64,000 nucleotides of DNA. It comes from an uncultured Verrucomicrobiae bacterium. Lineage in GTDB: Bacteria > Verrucomicrobiota > Verrucomicrobiia > Chthoniobacterales > Terrimicrobiaceae. The DNA is taken from positions 242,291-306,290 of the forward strand of contig CAVPOC010000002.1 in NCBI GenBank assembly GCA_963706955.1, written 5' to 3'. The notes under the pieces are model-generated. The model saw only the letters and a program-made list of their open reading frames with translations, did not search any database and was not told the origin of the DNA. Of the stretch, positions 53,271 through 63,886 are shown piece after piece (positions within the stretch are counted from its first letter, which is position 1; each line of letters begins with the position of its first letter). The position numbers and the translations under genes were made by a program.

Positions 53271-53384
53271 CTAAAAGGCCACATAGACGAACGGTTCCAC
53301 TGGCAGACTGAGCCGATAGACGAGATAGCTAAAGAGAATTCCCACGAATAGCCCGACGAAAACTGAAAGCGCCGAGCGAAGCAT
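53271..53384 (-). CDS. 37-aa DltX-like membrane micro-protein (candidate acyl shuttle)
   Basis: Manual translation MLRSALSVFVGLFVGILFSYLVYRLSLPVEPFVYVAF*; one TM and terminal FVYVAF; directly after MBOAT fragment. Confidence 0.7.
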   Translation of the reverse strand: MLRSALSVFVGLFVGILFSYLVYRLSLPVEPFVYVAF

Positions 53385-53401
53385 TGTTTGCGTGTTCGGT
53401 T

Positions 53402-53713
53402 TCATGGCAATGCATGGAACATTCCGAGCAGATTTGCGCTAAGAAACACCAGGTACTTGTACCCGACGAGCATCAATACGCAGAGGATGATCCCCACTGC
53501 GTTGGCAGCTCTGTTGTCCGATAAGCCGATAATATAAACGATGACTCCCATTGCCACGATGGGCATCACTCCGGCGGGCCCAGCATAGTGGGTGTGGAAG
53601 ATTGCCGAAACGACGAGTATCAAGCCGAGACGAAGAGTGGGTCTGCGGCAAAGCCAGAAGATGGGAAAAAACAGAATGGCGAATGCGAGGAACCAATAGG
53701 TGGCGAAAATCAT
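53402..53713 (-). pseudogene. MBOAT (AlgI/DltB-like) N-terminal fragment
   Basis: MIFATYWFL start, LVGYKY motif; only 103 aa, catalytic His region absent. Confidence 0.75.
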
Positions 53714-53846
53714 TGGTTCAGCGAAAGGCTACCCCGGTGCCCCGGCGACTGAGCGTCCGGCGCTGGACTAACGAAGTGGCGCAGCTTTCCGGTATTTTCT
53801 ACCCGCACCTGCGCGACGGAGTGGGAGTTGAGGGTTGATGGGTCGC

Positions 53847-54686
53847 TCACCTGAAGGTCCAACCCATCCCATTCGCGATCATCTGGACGCCTATCACGGA
53901 AACGGCAGTCAGGAAAATTGTCTTCAGAAGCTTGACCGGAGCAACGGGCAGAAGTTTGGCGCCGATAAATGCACCGGCAAGAACGCCAAGCGCGACCGGT
54001 GCGACCAAAGAGGGGTCAAGGTAGCCTCGTTTGAGATAAACGCCGACGCTTGCTGCCGCGGTGACTCCGATCATGAAGTTGCTGGTCGCCGTCGTAACTT
54101 TGAACGGAATCCGCATGATCTGATCCATCGCCACCACTTTAAAGGCTCCTGAGCCGATGCCTAGCAATCCAGAGAGCACGCCGGCAACCCACATCACGCA
54201 AAACCCCGGAAGGACACGATGCACAGTGTAGGGCTTGAGCCCCTCGCTGGTTGGCATCATCGCAGGCAGTTGGAGCCTGACGGCAAGAGGATCCGAGGCA
54301 TCTGAACCGGACAGATCCTTTTTTGACCTTAGCGAGAGGAGAACTGTGACCAGTAACGCTACTCCAAAGATGACCGAAAGCACGGCGGTGTCGAGAGCCA
54401 TTGCCAACATGGCGCCGCAGACAGCACCGATCGTGGTGGCCACGCAGAGAAACAGGCCGATGCGCATATTCGAGATGCCGTCACGCAAATAGGCGGCCGC
54501 AGCTCCCGAAGACGTTGCGATCACCGAGCAGAGTGCTGCGCCCATCGCGTAGCGAATATCGATCCCGAAGGCCAGCACGAGCAACGGAGTTATGATGACG
54601 CCGCCTCCAAGGCCGATCAACGCGCCAATCACTCCGGCTAGCACCGAGCTAATCGCCACCAGAATGTCGAATACCAGCTCGTCCAT
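53847..54686 (-). CDS. Sulfite exporter TauE/SafE (TSUP) family
   Basis: GALIGLGGG, SVIATSSG, SGLLGIGSG, TATSNFMIGVT. Confidence 0.93.
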   Translation of the reverse strand: MDELVFDILVAISSVLAGVIGALIGLGGGVIITPLLVLAFGIDIRYAMGAALCSVIATSSGAAAAYLRDGISNMRIGLFLCVATTIGAVCGAMLAMALDTAVLSVIFGVALLVTVLLSLRSKKDLSGSDASDPLAVRLQLPAMMPTSEGLKPYTVHRVLPGFCVMWVAGVLSGLLGIGSGAFKVVAMDQIMRIPFKVTTATSNFMIGVTAAASVGVYLKRGYLDPSLVAPVALGVLAGAFIGAKLLPVAPVKLLKTIFLTAVSVIGVQMIANGMGWTFR

Positions 54687-54762
54687 ACCCGATTCTATGA
54701 GGTCTCCTGGCGGGCTTAACAACAATTTCCAAGGCAGCCCTTGAGGGCGTTCGGCAATTCAG

Positions 54763-55182
54763 TCAAGCGGAGGTCTGGACCTCGTTAAGAACGATCTGTC
54801 CGGTGGCAACCGTGGTTCCGCTGACTTCGGCTCTCACATCGAACATCCAGAGCCGGCCGATGGTTCCGATGTTTCGAGCGTGGAGGGATATTTGCTCTTC
54901 TGGACGCGCCGCGGCTGGGAACTTCATCTGCCGAATCGCCGAAAGCAAAAACTTCCGATCCTCTGAGCCCCACGCTCCCGCGATTCCTGCGGTTTGGGAG
55001 AGTGCTTCGACGAGAATCACGCCGGGGACGACTGGATTATCTGGAAAGTGCCCCCGAAACATCGCGTCGTCGGAGGAAAACACCTTGACGCATTCGGCTT
55101 CGCCCGCCGTGACGGCGACGATTTCGTCCACGAAAACGAACGGTTCACGATGAGGCAAACCGAGGAAACGAGGATCTTTCAT
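54763..55182 (-). CDS. FabZ-like 3-hydroxyacyl-ACP dehydratase
   Basis: LPHREPFVFVD, FRGHFPDNPVVPGVILVEALSQ. Confidence 0.88.
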   Translation of the reverse strand: MKDPRFLGLPHREPFVFVDEIVAVTAGEAECVKVFSSDDAMFRGHFPDNPVVPGVILVEALSQTAGIAGAWGSEDRKFLLSAIRQMKFPAAARPEEQISLHARNIGTIGRLWMFDVRAEVSGTTVATGQIVLNEVQTSA

Positions 55183-55193
55183 GGCCTGCGGCT

Positions 55194-56042
55194 TCAGTCC
55201 CGGAAGACGATCGCCTTGGCCCCGTGCACCAGGACGCGATCCTCGACATGATAGCGAACGCCGCGCGCCAAGGCGAGGCGTTCGGAGTCTCGTCCGAGCC
55301 GAACGAGATCTTCCGGATCGTGGTAATGTTCAACGCGGGCGACCTCCTGCTCGATAATCGGTCCGGCGTCCAGCTCGGCGGTGGCGTAGTGACAGGTGGC
55401 GCCGATGAGCTTCACCCCGCGCTCGAATGCTCGCTGATAGGGATTTGCTCCGATAAACGCCGGCAGGAAAGAATGGTGAATGTTGATGATGCGAGCCGCG
55501 TATTCGTCGCACAGCCAACCCGGCAGAATCTGCATGAAGCGTGCGAGCACTACCAATTCTGCTCGGGCCTCTCGCAACAAGCTCCCGATCTTGTCGAACG
55601 CATCTGGTTTTCCTTCGTCGAAGGGCACAAATTCGAAAGGAATTCGTTCGCGTTCCACTAAGGTTCGGCAAGTTTCATGATTGGAGATCACCAGCGGCAC
55701 CTCGATGCCGAGCTCACCTGAACGCCAGCGCCAGAGAAGGTCGACGAGGCAATGTTCCTGTTTGCTGACGAGGATTACCGTCCGCGTTTTGGATTCTGCC
55801 AGTCGCATTGACCACACGGCGCGCAGGCGGGAAGCGATCGGCGCGAACGCTTGGATGAAAGTGTCAGGGTGCCAAGGCTCGCGGCCCTTTTCAATGGCCA
55901 GACGCGCAAAGAACCAGCCTGTGCTGACATCGGTATATTGGCTTACCTCCAGCAGATTGCCGCCATGTTGCGCAATCGCCCCCGTGATCTGTGCCAGCAG
56001 CCCGACCGCATCGGGGCAGTTAAGCTTGAGGATCGAGACCAT
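55194..56042 (-). CDS. purU: Formyltetrahydrofolate deformylase
   Basis: ACT domain CPD..G; LARFMQIL, INIHHSFLPAF, GATCHY..LDAGPIIEQ. Confidence 0.96.
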   Translation of the reverse strand: MVSILKLNCPDAVGLLAQITGAIAQHGGNLLEVSQYTDVSTGWFFARLAIEKGREPWHPDTFIQAFAPIASRLRAVWSMRLAESKTRTVILVSKQEHCLVDLLWRWRSGELGIEVPLVISNHETCRTLVERERIPFEFVPFDEGKPDAFDKIGSLLREARAELVVLARFMQILPGWLCDEYAARIINIHHSFLPAFIGANPYQRAFERGVKLIGATCHYATAELDAGPIIEQEVARVEHYHDPEDLVRLGRDSERLALARGVRYHVEDRVLVHGAKAIVFRD

Positions 56043-56136
56043 GCCCGAGAATAAAAGCCTGCCGGTCGGAGCCTTCGCAAGGAAAACAGGCTGTTCAGCA
56101 AAGGCTAGCTATCCAGGTCCGCGGGAGCGTTTCCCT

Positions 56137-56670
56137 TTAGAACGAAGGATCGAGCTTGATCGAAGAGAGAACCGCGTCGCGGATAGGTTTCAGTGTCGCG
56201 TCCTCCTTTTCCGCTGATTGCCAGGTTGCAAAATAAAGCGTTCCCGTGGCGTCATTCGCCTTCGCGACGTTAATCACCTTGATGTTTCCCTCGTCGCTTT
56301 CGATCGTGTATTCCAAACGCAGGCTCTCGAGCGGCCCCTCCTGCGTCTTTTCCAGTTTACCCCCCTCGCCTTCTTCCTGGGCTGACGTCAGAAGGTCATG
56401 CGCGTATTGACTCGGCTTCACCGATGCACGATCGGGCACCTTGGTGGTGACGCTGAGAATCAGACCGGTGCTAAAGATCTCCTCTTCGCTCTCTGCCTTT
56501 TCGCGACTCATTTGATACACGATGACTCCATCTTCGGATTCCTCTTTCAGATGCCATCCGTCCGGGAGGAGAATACTTCCCTTGATCGCGGGGAGCGCTT
56601 GTTCTTTGAGGGTGGGTTGCTGGCCGAAGGCCATTGCAGCCGTGAGGACTAGGAAAAGGAGATGCTTCAT
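56137..56670 (-). CDS. Secreted hypothetical protein
   Basis: Signal peptide; LPDGW; coupled to upstream TPR gene. Confidence 0.7.
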   Translation of the reverse strand: MKHLLFLVLTAAMAFGQQPTLKEQALPAIKGSILLPDGWHLKEESEDGVIVYQMSREKAESEEEIFSTGLILSVTTKVPDRASVKPSQYAHDLLTSAQEEGEGGKLEKTQEGPLESLRLEYTIESDEGNIKVINVAKANDATGTLYFATWQSAEKEDATLKPIRDAVLSSIKLDPSF

Positions 56671-59403
56671 TAATTCTCTCTGGAAATCTTGGGAGGTTTC
56701 GCCGAATCCGGGAAACGTTGCTGGAGCTCATGGAGAGCTTTTTCTGCTTCGGGTTCGTTGTTCGCCTTACGATAAGCGTCGGCAGCCCTTTGCAACGCCC
56801 GCGGGGTGATCGATGAATCGTCGTAGAGAACCGCTACGGTCATAAATGCGCGCGCCGCGCCGTCGTAATCTCCACGCGCGAACGAGATCTCAGCGGAAAG
56901 CAAGCGTCCCTCGGCATTGAGTCGGCCTTCGGGCTGGAGCAGCAAAGATTCGTCGCAGACCTTGGCGGCCTCATCGAATTCTTTTTTTCCGAGGAAGACC
57001 GCCGCCTGTGCCTGCAAGCCTCGGGAGCGACTAAACGGTTCCCGAGCGGATTCCAAATATTGTGCGACCACCGGCTCCGCCTCGCGTGTCTTGCCTAGCT
57101 GAATCTGCGCCTCTGCCAACTCGATGAGCACCGCCGGGTCGGGACTCTCTGAATCCTTCAGGACTGGAAGGAGGTATCGCTCTGCCGCAGCAAAGTCACC
57201 CTCTTCAAAGCTCTTGCGGCCTAGCCAGCGGGTGATCTCCACCGGAACGTTTACGTTCTTGTTATCAGCAATTGTTTTGGTCAAGGCCGGACGATCCTGA
57301 AGGTAGTAATAGCAGAGAATGATCCGCAGCGTGGCACGCTCTCCGAACTGCGCTTGATCCAATTTGCGCGCATCCTCCAAGCTTTCGATCGCGCCCTTGT
57401 AATCCTTTTCCTCGAAGGCGGCCCAGCCGATCCAGAAGTTCGCCTGCGCAGCCGCGGAGCTCTTGGGATAATTTTCGAGAAGCTGGCGGAAGGTGGCCGT
57501 CATCCCTTTGTAGTCCTGTTGCTGACCCAGAACGAGAGCCTTGTTTTGGAGGGCAAGCTCCCGATCCGGAGCGTCGGTATAGGTGTTGATAATCTGATCG
57601 AAGTCCTTGACCGCCGCGTCGTATTCCTTGTTCTGTTGAAATGCCAGACCGCGCTGCGCGATGGCTGATGGCAGAGCCGGGCTTCCCGGGTTTTTCTCAA
57701 TGTATTGCGTGTAGGTCTTGATGGCAGCGGGATAGTCGGCCGTCTGCGTCTGGCACCATCCGAGCTTGTAGAGAGCCTTGGTCTTCAGATCCTCGGCCAG
57801 ACGGCTGTCGCTGAGTTTGGCGTAGAGCGGCGCAGCCTCTCCATATTTTTTCTGCTTAAAGAGCGCTTCTGCCTTGAGCAGGCTGGCCTGCGCCCGCTCC
57901 AACGGGTCGGTCGCTACCTTCAAGAAGTCATCAACTTCCTGGACGAGTTTTGGATCATCCAGTTGATAAAGGCTCAGCAAGCGATGAAAGCGCGCCTCTG
58001 CTGAAGATGGAGCGTTCGGGAATTGCTGGAGCAAGCGATCGTAAACGGCCCGCGCAGCTTTCGGACTGCCAAGTTGTCGCTCGGAATTTCCCGCGAGCAA
58101 CAAAATCTCTGCGCGCGCCTCGTCGGGCAGCCCCGAGGGGGCCTTCTCCGCCAGTTCGGCGACTCTTTTGTAGTTGCCCAGTTCGAAGTTGAGCCGGACT
58201 GCGCCCAGGAATGCGGTCGGTCGCCAATCGCCGCTCTCCGGGATGCTGAGAACGACGTTGAAGAGTTTGAGGGCACGTTCTTTCTCGCCGAGCTCGGCGG
58301 CGAGAGCGGCCGCCTTGATCGCCGCCTCGGCTCGAATTCCTCCGGGGGCTGAGCCATTGGCCAGTTCCGAGTAACTCTCCAGAGCCTCCTTCTTCCTGCC
58401 TCCCGCCGCCGCATTTTCGGCAAGCGAAAGGCGGGCGTACTGCAGATAGGGATTGTTTTTCTGCACGGAGGCGACTTCCGCGTAGTATTTCGCGGCCTCA
58501 TCCGGTCGCTTCAACCGGTCGAAACACCGGGCGATGTTGTACTTCGCGGAAAGGCGCACCTCATCATTGGCAGCCTCCTTGGCCGCGAGTTGAAATTGCA
58601 TCAACGCGGGATCGTATTTTTTTTCGGCGAAGAGATATTCTCCTAGTCGGTAGGCGCCCGCGCCCGCGAATTCACCCTCTTGGAACTCGCGCAAGAGTCT
58701 CTCGTACGCCGCCCGGGCCGCTTCTTCATTGCCAAGCATCCGGTGGCACTCGGCCAAACGATACAACGCCGTGTCACGTCCTTTCGCCGACGGATAGGTG
58801 ATCAGGAACTTTTCGTAACCCTGAATGGCATAATCGTACATCTTCCGCGAATAGGTCGTATTCGCCAGATTCAACTCTTCCTCGGCGGCAGCTTCTCCGG
58901 TTGCTGTTGACGGGCTCAACCGGATGTCGCCGTTCTCGAGCTCAGGAGAAGGCTGGGAGGAGGGCGTCGCTGCAGCCGGCGGCGGGCTGCTGGGAACCAC
59001 GATGCGGCCCTCCGGCCGGTGAGCGGTAGATTCCGTTTCGGGAGCGGCTGGCGGGCGAGCAGTCGCTTCCGGGCGAGGAGTGGCCTGCGGACGAGGCGTG
59101 GCCTGCGGACGAGGCGTGGTCTTGCGGGCGAGGAGTAGCTTGCGGACGAGGAGTCGGTGTTGGAGTCGGTGAAGGTTGTACGCGTTCCACCCAGTTAGGA
59201 TTCTGGTATGGTTCCGCCCGCGGCGGCGGCGAACGCGGCGTGGCCACGGGCCGAGCCACCGGGATCGCCCGCGGTGGTGCGGGAGTGGAGGCCGACTCTT
59301 CAGCCGGAATGGCCCGGCGAACCTCCGGCTGCCAGGATGGCGGCTGCTGACCAAATGTCATCCCGGCAGATCCCAGGAGGAGAACTCCCACTCCCAGACG
59401 CAT
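56670..59403 (-). CDS. Large secreted TPR protein (frameshift in repeat near 59120)
   Basis: Signal peptide MRLGVGVLLLG, Pro-rich region, many TPRs; TAATG overlap with exbD. Confidence 0.88.
59062..59154 (-). repeat. 18-bp tandem repeat encoding (TPRPQA)n
   Basis: GTGGCCTGCGGACGAGGC-like units, about five copies. Confidence 0.85.
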
Positions 59404-59816
59404 TACTCGGGCTTGCTCGTGGCGAAGGCCACATTCCAGATGTTGGCCGCCCGGCAAACATCCAGAACATCGACGACAAAACGGTAGTCCACGTTTTCAT
59501 CGCCACGCAGGATGACAGCCTGATCCGGATAGAGCTTGGCAATGCGGCTCAATGTCTCGAGCAGCTCCTCGGACGACATCGGTCGGCGATTCATCACAAT
59601 TCCGCCGTCTTTCTTCACGTTAAGGATCACTTCGCCCGCCGGGCGTCGGTTCTCCTTGCCCGCTTGCGCTGCGGGGACCTTCACGTCGAGTTCAGCTTCG
59701 TTCCTGGAGAAGTTCCAGGTCAGGATGAAAAAGACCAGCAGGAAGAGCAAAATGTCCACCATCGGCGCGATCTGGAAGATGATCCGCTCGGGATAAACGT
59801 GCGCTCGAAAAATCAT
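59403..59816 (-). CDS. ExbD/TolR family protein
   Basis: APMVDILLFLLVFF, VILRGD. Confidence 0.93.
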   Translation of the reverse strand: MIFRAHVYPERIIFQIAPMVDILLFLLVFFILTWNFSRNEAELDVKVPAAQAGKENRRPAGEVILNVKKDGGIVMNRRPMSSEELLETLSRIAKLYPDQAVILRGDENVDYRFVVDVLDVCRAANIWNVAFATSKPE

Positions 59817-60586
59817 GAGACTTCCACGCTCTCGGCCTGGACGCTGGTTGGCGGGTTCTTCACGCCAATGGTGCTCAGGAGAGCGAGGAGTTGGGTGCTG
59901 GCAGCTTCCAAGTCAGAAATTAGAGAGTGAGCCCGGCCTCGAAAAAAGGAATAGGCGGCCATCGCCGGGATACCGATAAGAAGACCGGCAGCGGTGGCGA
60001 TGAGGGCCTCCCCGATGCCTTGCGCGAGCATGGTCGGCCGAGTAGCTGCCGCGTCGATCGCAATAACCCCAAACGACCTGACGATGCCAATGACTGTCCC
60101 GAGCAAGCCGACCATCGGAGCGATGGTGCCAATATCGGCCAAGTAGGCGACCTGCTGGTTGAGTGCGCTCGCCTGGCGCATCCCCTCGGTCTGCGCGATT
60201 TCCCGGATTTCTGCCATGGTTGCCTTGGGATTCTTGGTGAGAAAATTCATCATCCGTTGCACGACGCGTGCGATCGATTCATTGTGCCGGTTTGAAACGG
60301 CGAGCAGCCCAAGAAAATCCCTCTTCCGAATTAGCGCATCCGCAGTCTGCATAAAGCGCTTGGTCACGACGCTCCCCCTGCGCATCGAAAACAGGAAGGC
60401 GATAACCAACATCAGCGTGATGACCGAAAGGATGCCGAGGGGAATCATGGCGGGACCTCCCGCCTGGAGCACTTGCCAAAGATTTGCCCTCTTGATGAAC
60501 TCGGCTGCAGGCGTGGGTTCGGCGGACTGCGCCAGGAGGCTTGGGCTAAGGGCGAGGGAGGCGAGCCCCGTGAGAACAATTTTCAT
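59813..60586 (-). CDS. MotA/TolQ/ExbB proton channel
   Basis: GGPAM, APMVGLLGTVIG, GIGEALIATAAGL. Confidence 0.93.
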   Translation of the reverse strand: MKIVLTGLASLALSPSLLAQSAEPTPAAEFIKRANLWQVLQAGGPAMIPLGILSVITLMLVIAFLFSMRRGSVVTKRFMQTADALIRKRDFLGLLAVSNRHNESIARVVQRMMNFLTKNPKATMAEIREIAQTEGMRQASALNQQVAYLADIGTIAPMVGLLGTVIGIVRSFGVIAIDAAATRPTMLAQGIGEALIATAAGLLIGIPAMAAYSFFRGRAHSLISDLEAASTQLLALLSTIGVKNPPTSVQAESVEVS

Positions 60587-60702
60587 TGAATCGCGATAGA
60601 ATAGTGCCTTCCAGCCGTGGCGCAAGCCCAGCAAACGGCTGCACCCGGTGGCCCCCGGAAATTCTCCATGCTCGTGTATTTGCTTCGTGGTACAGTTTCA
60701 GC

Positions 60703-62279
60703 ATGGGTGAAGACATGCAAGCCCGACTTCGCGATGTGCCGCACAAGCCAGGGATCTACGTGATGCGAGATCGCCTGAAACGGGTAATCTATGTCGGTAA
60801 GGCGCGCGACTTGCGGAAGCGACTTTCTCACTACTTTACCCCTTCGCGTCAGACCACCGCCGACCCCAAAACTCGCGCACTCATTGAGAGCATTTGGGAG
60901 TTCGAGTGGCACATCGTCCGCAGTGAAGCCGAAGCGGTTCTCTTCGAGGGCCGGCTGATCAAGGAATTTCGTCCCAAATACAATGTGAGCTTTCGGGACG
61001 ACAAGAGGTTCCTGCTTGTCCGCGTAAATCCCAACGATCCTTGGCCGAGATTTCAGCTGACCCGGCTGAGAAAGGATGACGGGGCGCGCTACTTCGGCCC
61101 GTTTGCCCACAGCGGCGCCTTGCGCACGACGCTTGGCGCAATCCGGAAAAAGTTCGGCATCCGGTCCTGTCGGCCGCCGATTCCCGGAGAGCGAGACTAC
61201 CGGCACTGCCTCGATCACATCATCAAGAACTGCTCCGCTCCATGCATCGGACGGATCGCGCACACTGACTATCTCCGCCGGGTGGAAGAAGCTTGCGAAT
61301 TTCTCGATGGCGCATCGCGCCAGATGATCGAACAGGTCGAGACGGAAATGCGCGCCGCCGCGGAAAAGCTCGACTTTGAGAAGGCGGCCGAGCTCCGCAA
61401 TCTCCTGGACGACCTCAAGCGAACGACCAAGCCGATGACTCGCTTCACACGAAAGGCGCTGCCGAGCATTGACCCGCAGGAAGACCTGCGAGCCTTGGCC
61501 GACGCCCTTCAGCTTGGTCGCCCCCCGCGAATCATGGAATGTTTCGACATCTCCAACATTTCCAGCACCCATATCGTTGCCAGCATGGTCCGCTTTAAAG
61601 ATGGGGTTCCGGATCGCGCGAACTACCGGCGCTACCGCATTCGAGGAACACCCAACCAGGACGACTTCGCCAGCATGGCCGAGGTGGTCCGGCGGCGTTA
61701 CTCGCGGGTCCTTCGCGAGGCGCACCCGGAGAAAGGTGCGGTCGAGAAACGCGACTGGGCGCGATCGACTACTCGCCGGAGTTTAGCCAGGAATCACCCT
61801 CGCAGATCCTCCAGCAAGCGGCCATGCGTGAGGATCAGCCATCCACCTTGCCGGATCTGATTATTGTGGATGGCGGCAAGGGACAGCTGTCGAGTGCCTG
61901 CAAGGAACTGCAGCGCCTCGGACTCTACGAGCAGCCGGTCATCGGCCTGGCCAAGGAATTCGAGGAAATTTATCGTCCTGGGCGGCCACTTCCCTTGCGC
62001 CTTCCGGAGGACAGCGGAGCTCTCAAGCTCCTGCAACGGATCCGTGATGAGGCACACCGTTTTGCGAACAGCTTCCACAGTCTGCTGCTCAAGAAACGGA
62101 TCAGCGAGAGTCTGCTCGACGAAATTCCCGGTGTTTCCGAGTCGCGCAAGAAGGCTCTGCTGGAGACCTTCGGCTCCGTCGAACGAATCCGAAAGAGCTC
62201 AGCCATGCAAATCGGCTCGGTCAGCGGCATCGGACCAAAACTCGGCGAGCAAATCGCCCAGTATCTCGCCCGCCTTTAA
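60703..62279 (+). CDS. uvrC: Excinuclease ABC subunit C (frameshift near 61750-61820)
   Basis: PGIY...IYVGKA GIY-YIG, UVR domain LDFEKAAELRN, ECFDISN, PDLIIVDGGKGQL, RDEAHRFA, HhH. Confidence 0.93.
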
Positions 62280-62280
62280 A

Positions 62281-62335
62281 GCGGCGGTGTCCCCGTCGCC
62301 GAAAGACGCACGACGGTGAGGACACCGTCGCTACA
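62281..62335. repeat. GTAG-type REP-like palindrome pair
   Basis: GCGGCGGTGTCCCCGTCGCCG ... CGACGGTGAGGACACCGTCGCTACA. Confidence 0.8.
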
Positions 62336-62406
62336 AGAGCGGTGCGAATCGAAGAGTCATTTCAAGAATGGCGTGTTTTGCCGACCGGGCGCCACGGCGA
62401 CACAAT

Positions 62407-63663
62407 TTACCAACCGCTAGCGTGCTCGACCTGGTGTCGGCGGGCTTCTTCCTTCAACAGCTCGTAGATCTTGAAGGCCAGATGTGGGAGCTGATCGTCG
62501 CTTGGGAGACTATTTGTAGCGATCGCGACGATGATACCGCTTTCGGGAGCGAAGATGTGCATAACTCGCTGACTGAAGGTCTCGCCCTCGTAGAACCAGA
62601 CGATTCCGACATCGGTCAATGCCTTCCCTAAGCCGAGCGCAAAAGCCAAACGATGCTCTGGTGAAGGGGCCGCGATCGGCTGACCCGAATCCTGCGCGAC
62701 GAGACTCTCTAGCTCCCGCTGCTGGTCCGGGGGAAGCATCCGGCCTTCGTAGAGGGCATGGAACCACGTCGTCAGGTCGGGAAGCGAGCTGATGATGGCT
62801 CCCGCGCCCTGCGCATAGGAGAGGTTGCGACGGTGCTGGTCCTTGCCGTAGAGCGAGGCGAACTCCGGAAAAGCAGAGTCGAAAAATTACGAGGATGTGA
62901 GGTGATCGATCACGGCTCGCCGGCAGCCCTCCGGGCAGTAAAAGGTGTCCTGCAGCCCGAGAGGCGCGATGATCCGTTTTTGTAGCTGTTCTGCAAGCGT
63001 CCCCCCGCTTGCGTTTTCGATGATCATCTGGGCGAGGAGATAGTTAGTGTTCGAGTAATTCCAGCCCTGCAGGAGAGGCAGTCCAATGGCAAACGACACC
63101 GGATCGGTGGCCGAGAAGATGATGTCCGGCGCGGCGGCATACGCGACTCGAAACGCGGGCACGTCGAGGTATTGCGGAATGCCGCTCGTCATGTTCAGCA
63201 GCTGCCGTATCGTGATTCGTCCCCACGCCGGGTATTGAGGCAGCCACTTGTCGAGGGTATCTGCGATCGACAGCTTGCCCTCGGCCTCGAGCTGCAAGAG
63301 AATGACGGATAGAAACGCCTTGGTATTGCTGCCGATCTGCCACAGGGTCTTCGCTGAGACGGGACGGCCCCCGTCGAATCGGGTTGAGCCCACGCTGACA
63401 TCTATGTAACGGCCTCCTGGCAAGGCAGCCCGCATCGACACCCCGGAGATGTGCTCGGGTGTCCTCCGGTTCTTTAAGTACGCGTCGAGCTCGGCTCGCA
63501 ATGGAGCACGAAGTGCTAACTCGCTGTTAGCGCGTGGTGGCGCTGGGGAGAGCTCTGCCGACGTGGTGAGCATTCCAGCGACCGTCAGAATTGCGAGTGC
63601 GACCGCCGCCGCGCTTGCAGTGAGCCGCCGTGCTCTAGCGCCCGGGATCTGCGCGGACCTCAT
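62407..63663 (-). CDS. Serine hydrolase (class C beta-lactamase/D-aminopeptidase family), frameshifted
   Basis: GSNTK (SxxK), LLNMTSGI, YSNTNY; C-terminus in ORF 62407-62739. Confidence 0.85.
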
Positions 63664-63886
63664 TCGATGTCTCGTGTTTCTGCCTAACTGGACGTTCAGA
63701 CTCCGTCTGAACGAGATTAGCTAGCTAAACTAAGAAGTGGCTGTCAATCAGATTGTTGTCGATCTCCTTGACGCTACCATCGGTGATGTTTTGGCGAGTC
63801 CGCGAAGTCAGCCGACGCGCCTCAGCTGTTCGTCGGTCGACCGCGCATACCATCAAGTCCCGGCGCAGAATGAGGCATGGCGCCCG

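Noticed and set aside
60583..61725. 380-aa minus-strand ORF
   Set aside because: Antisense shadow of uvrC
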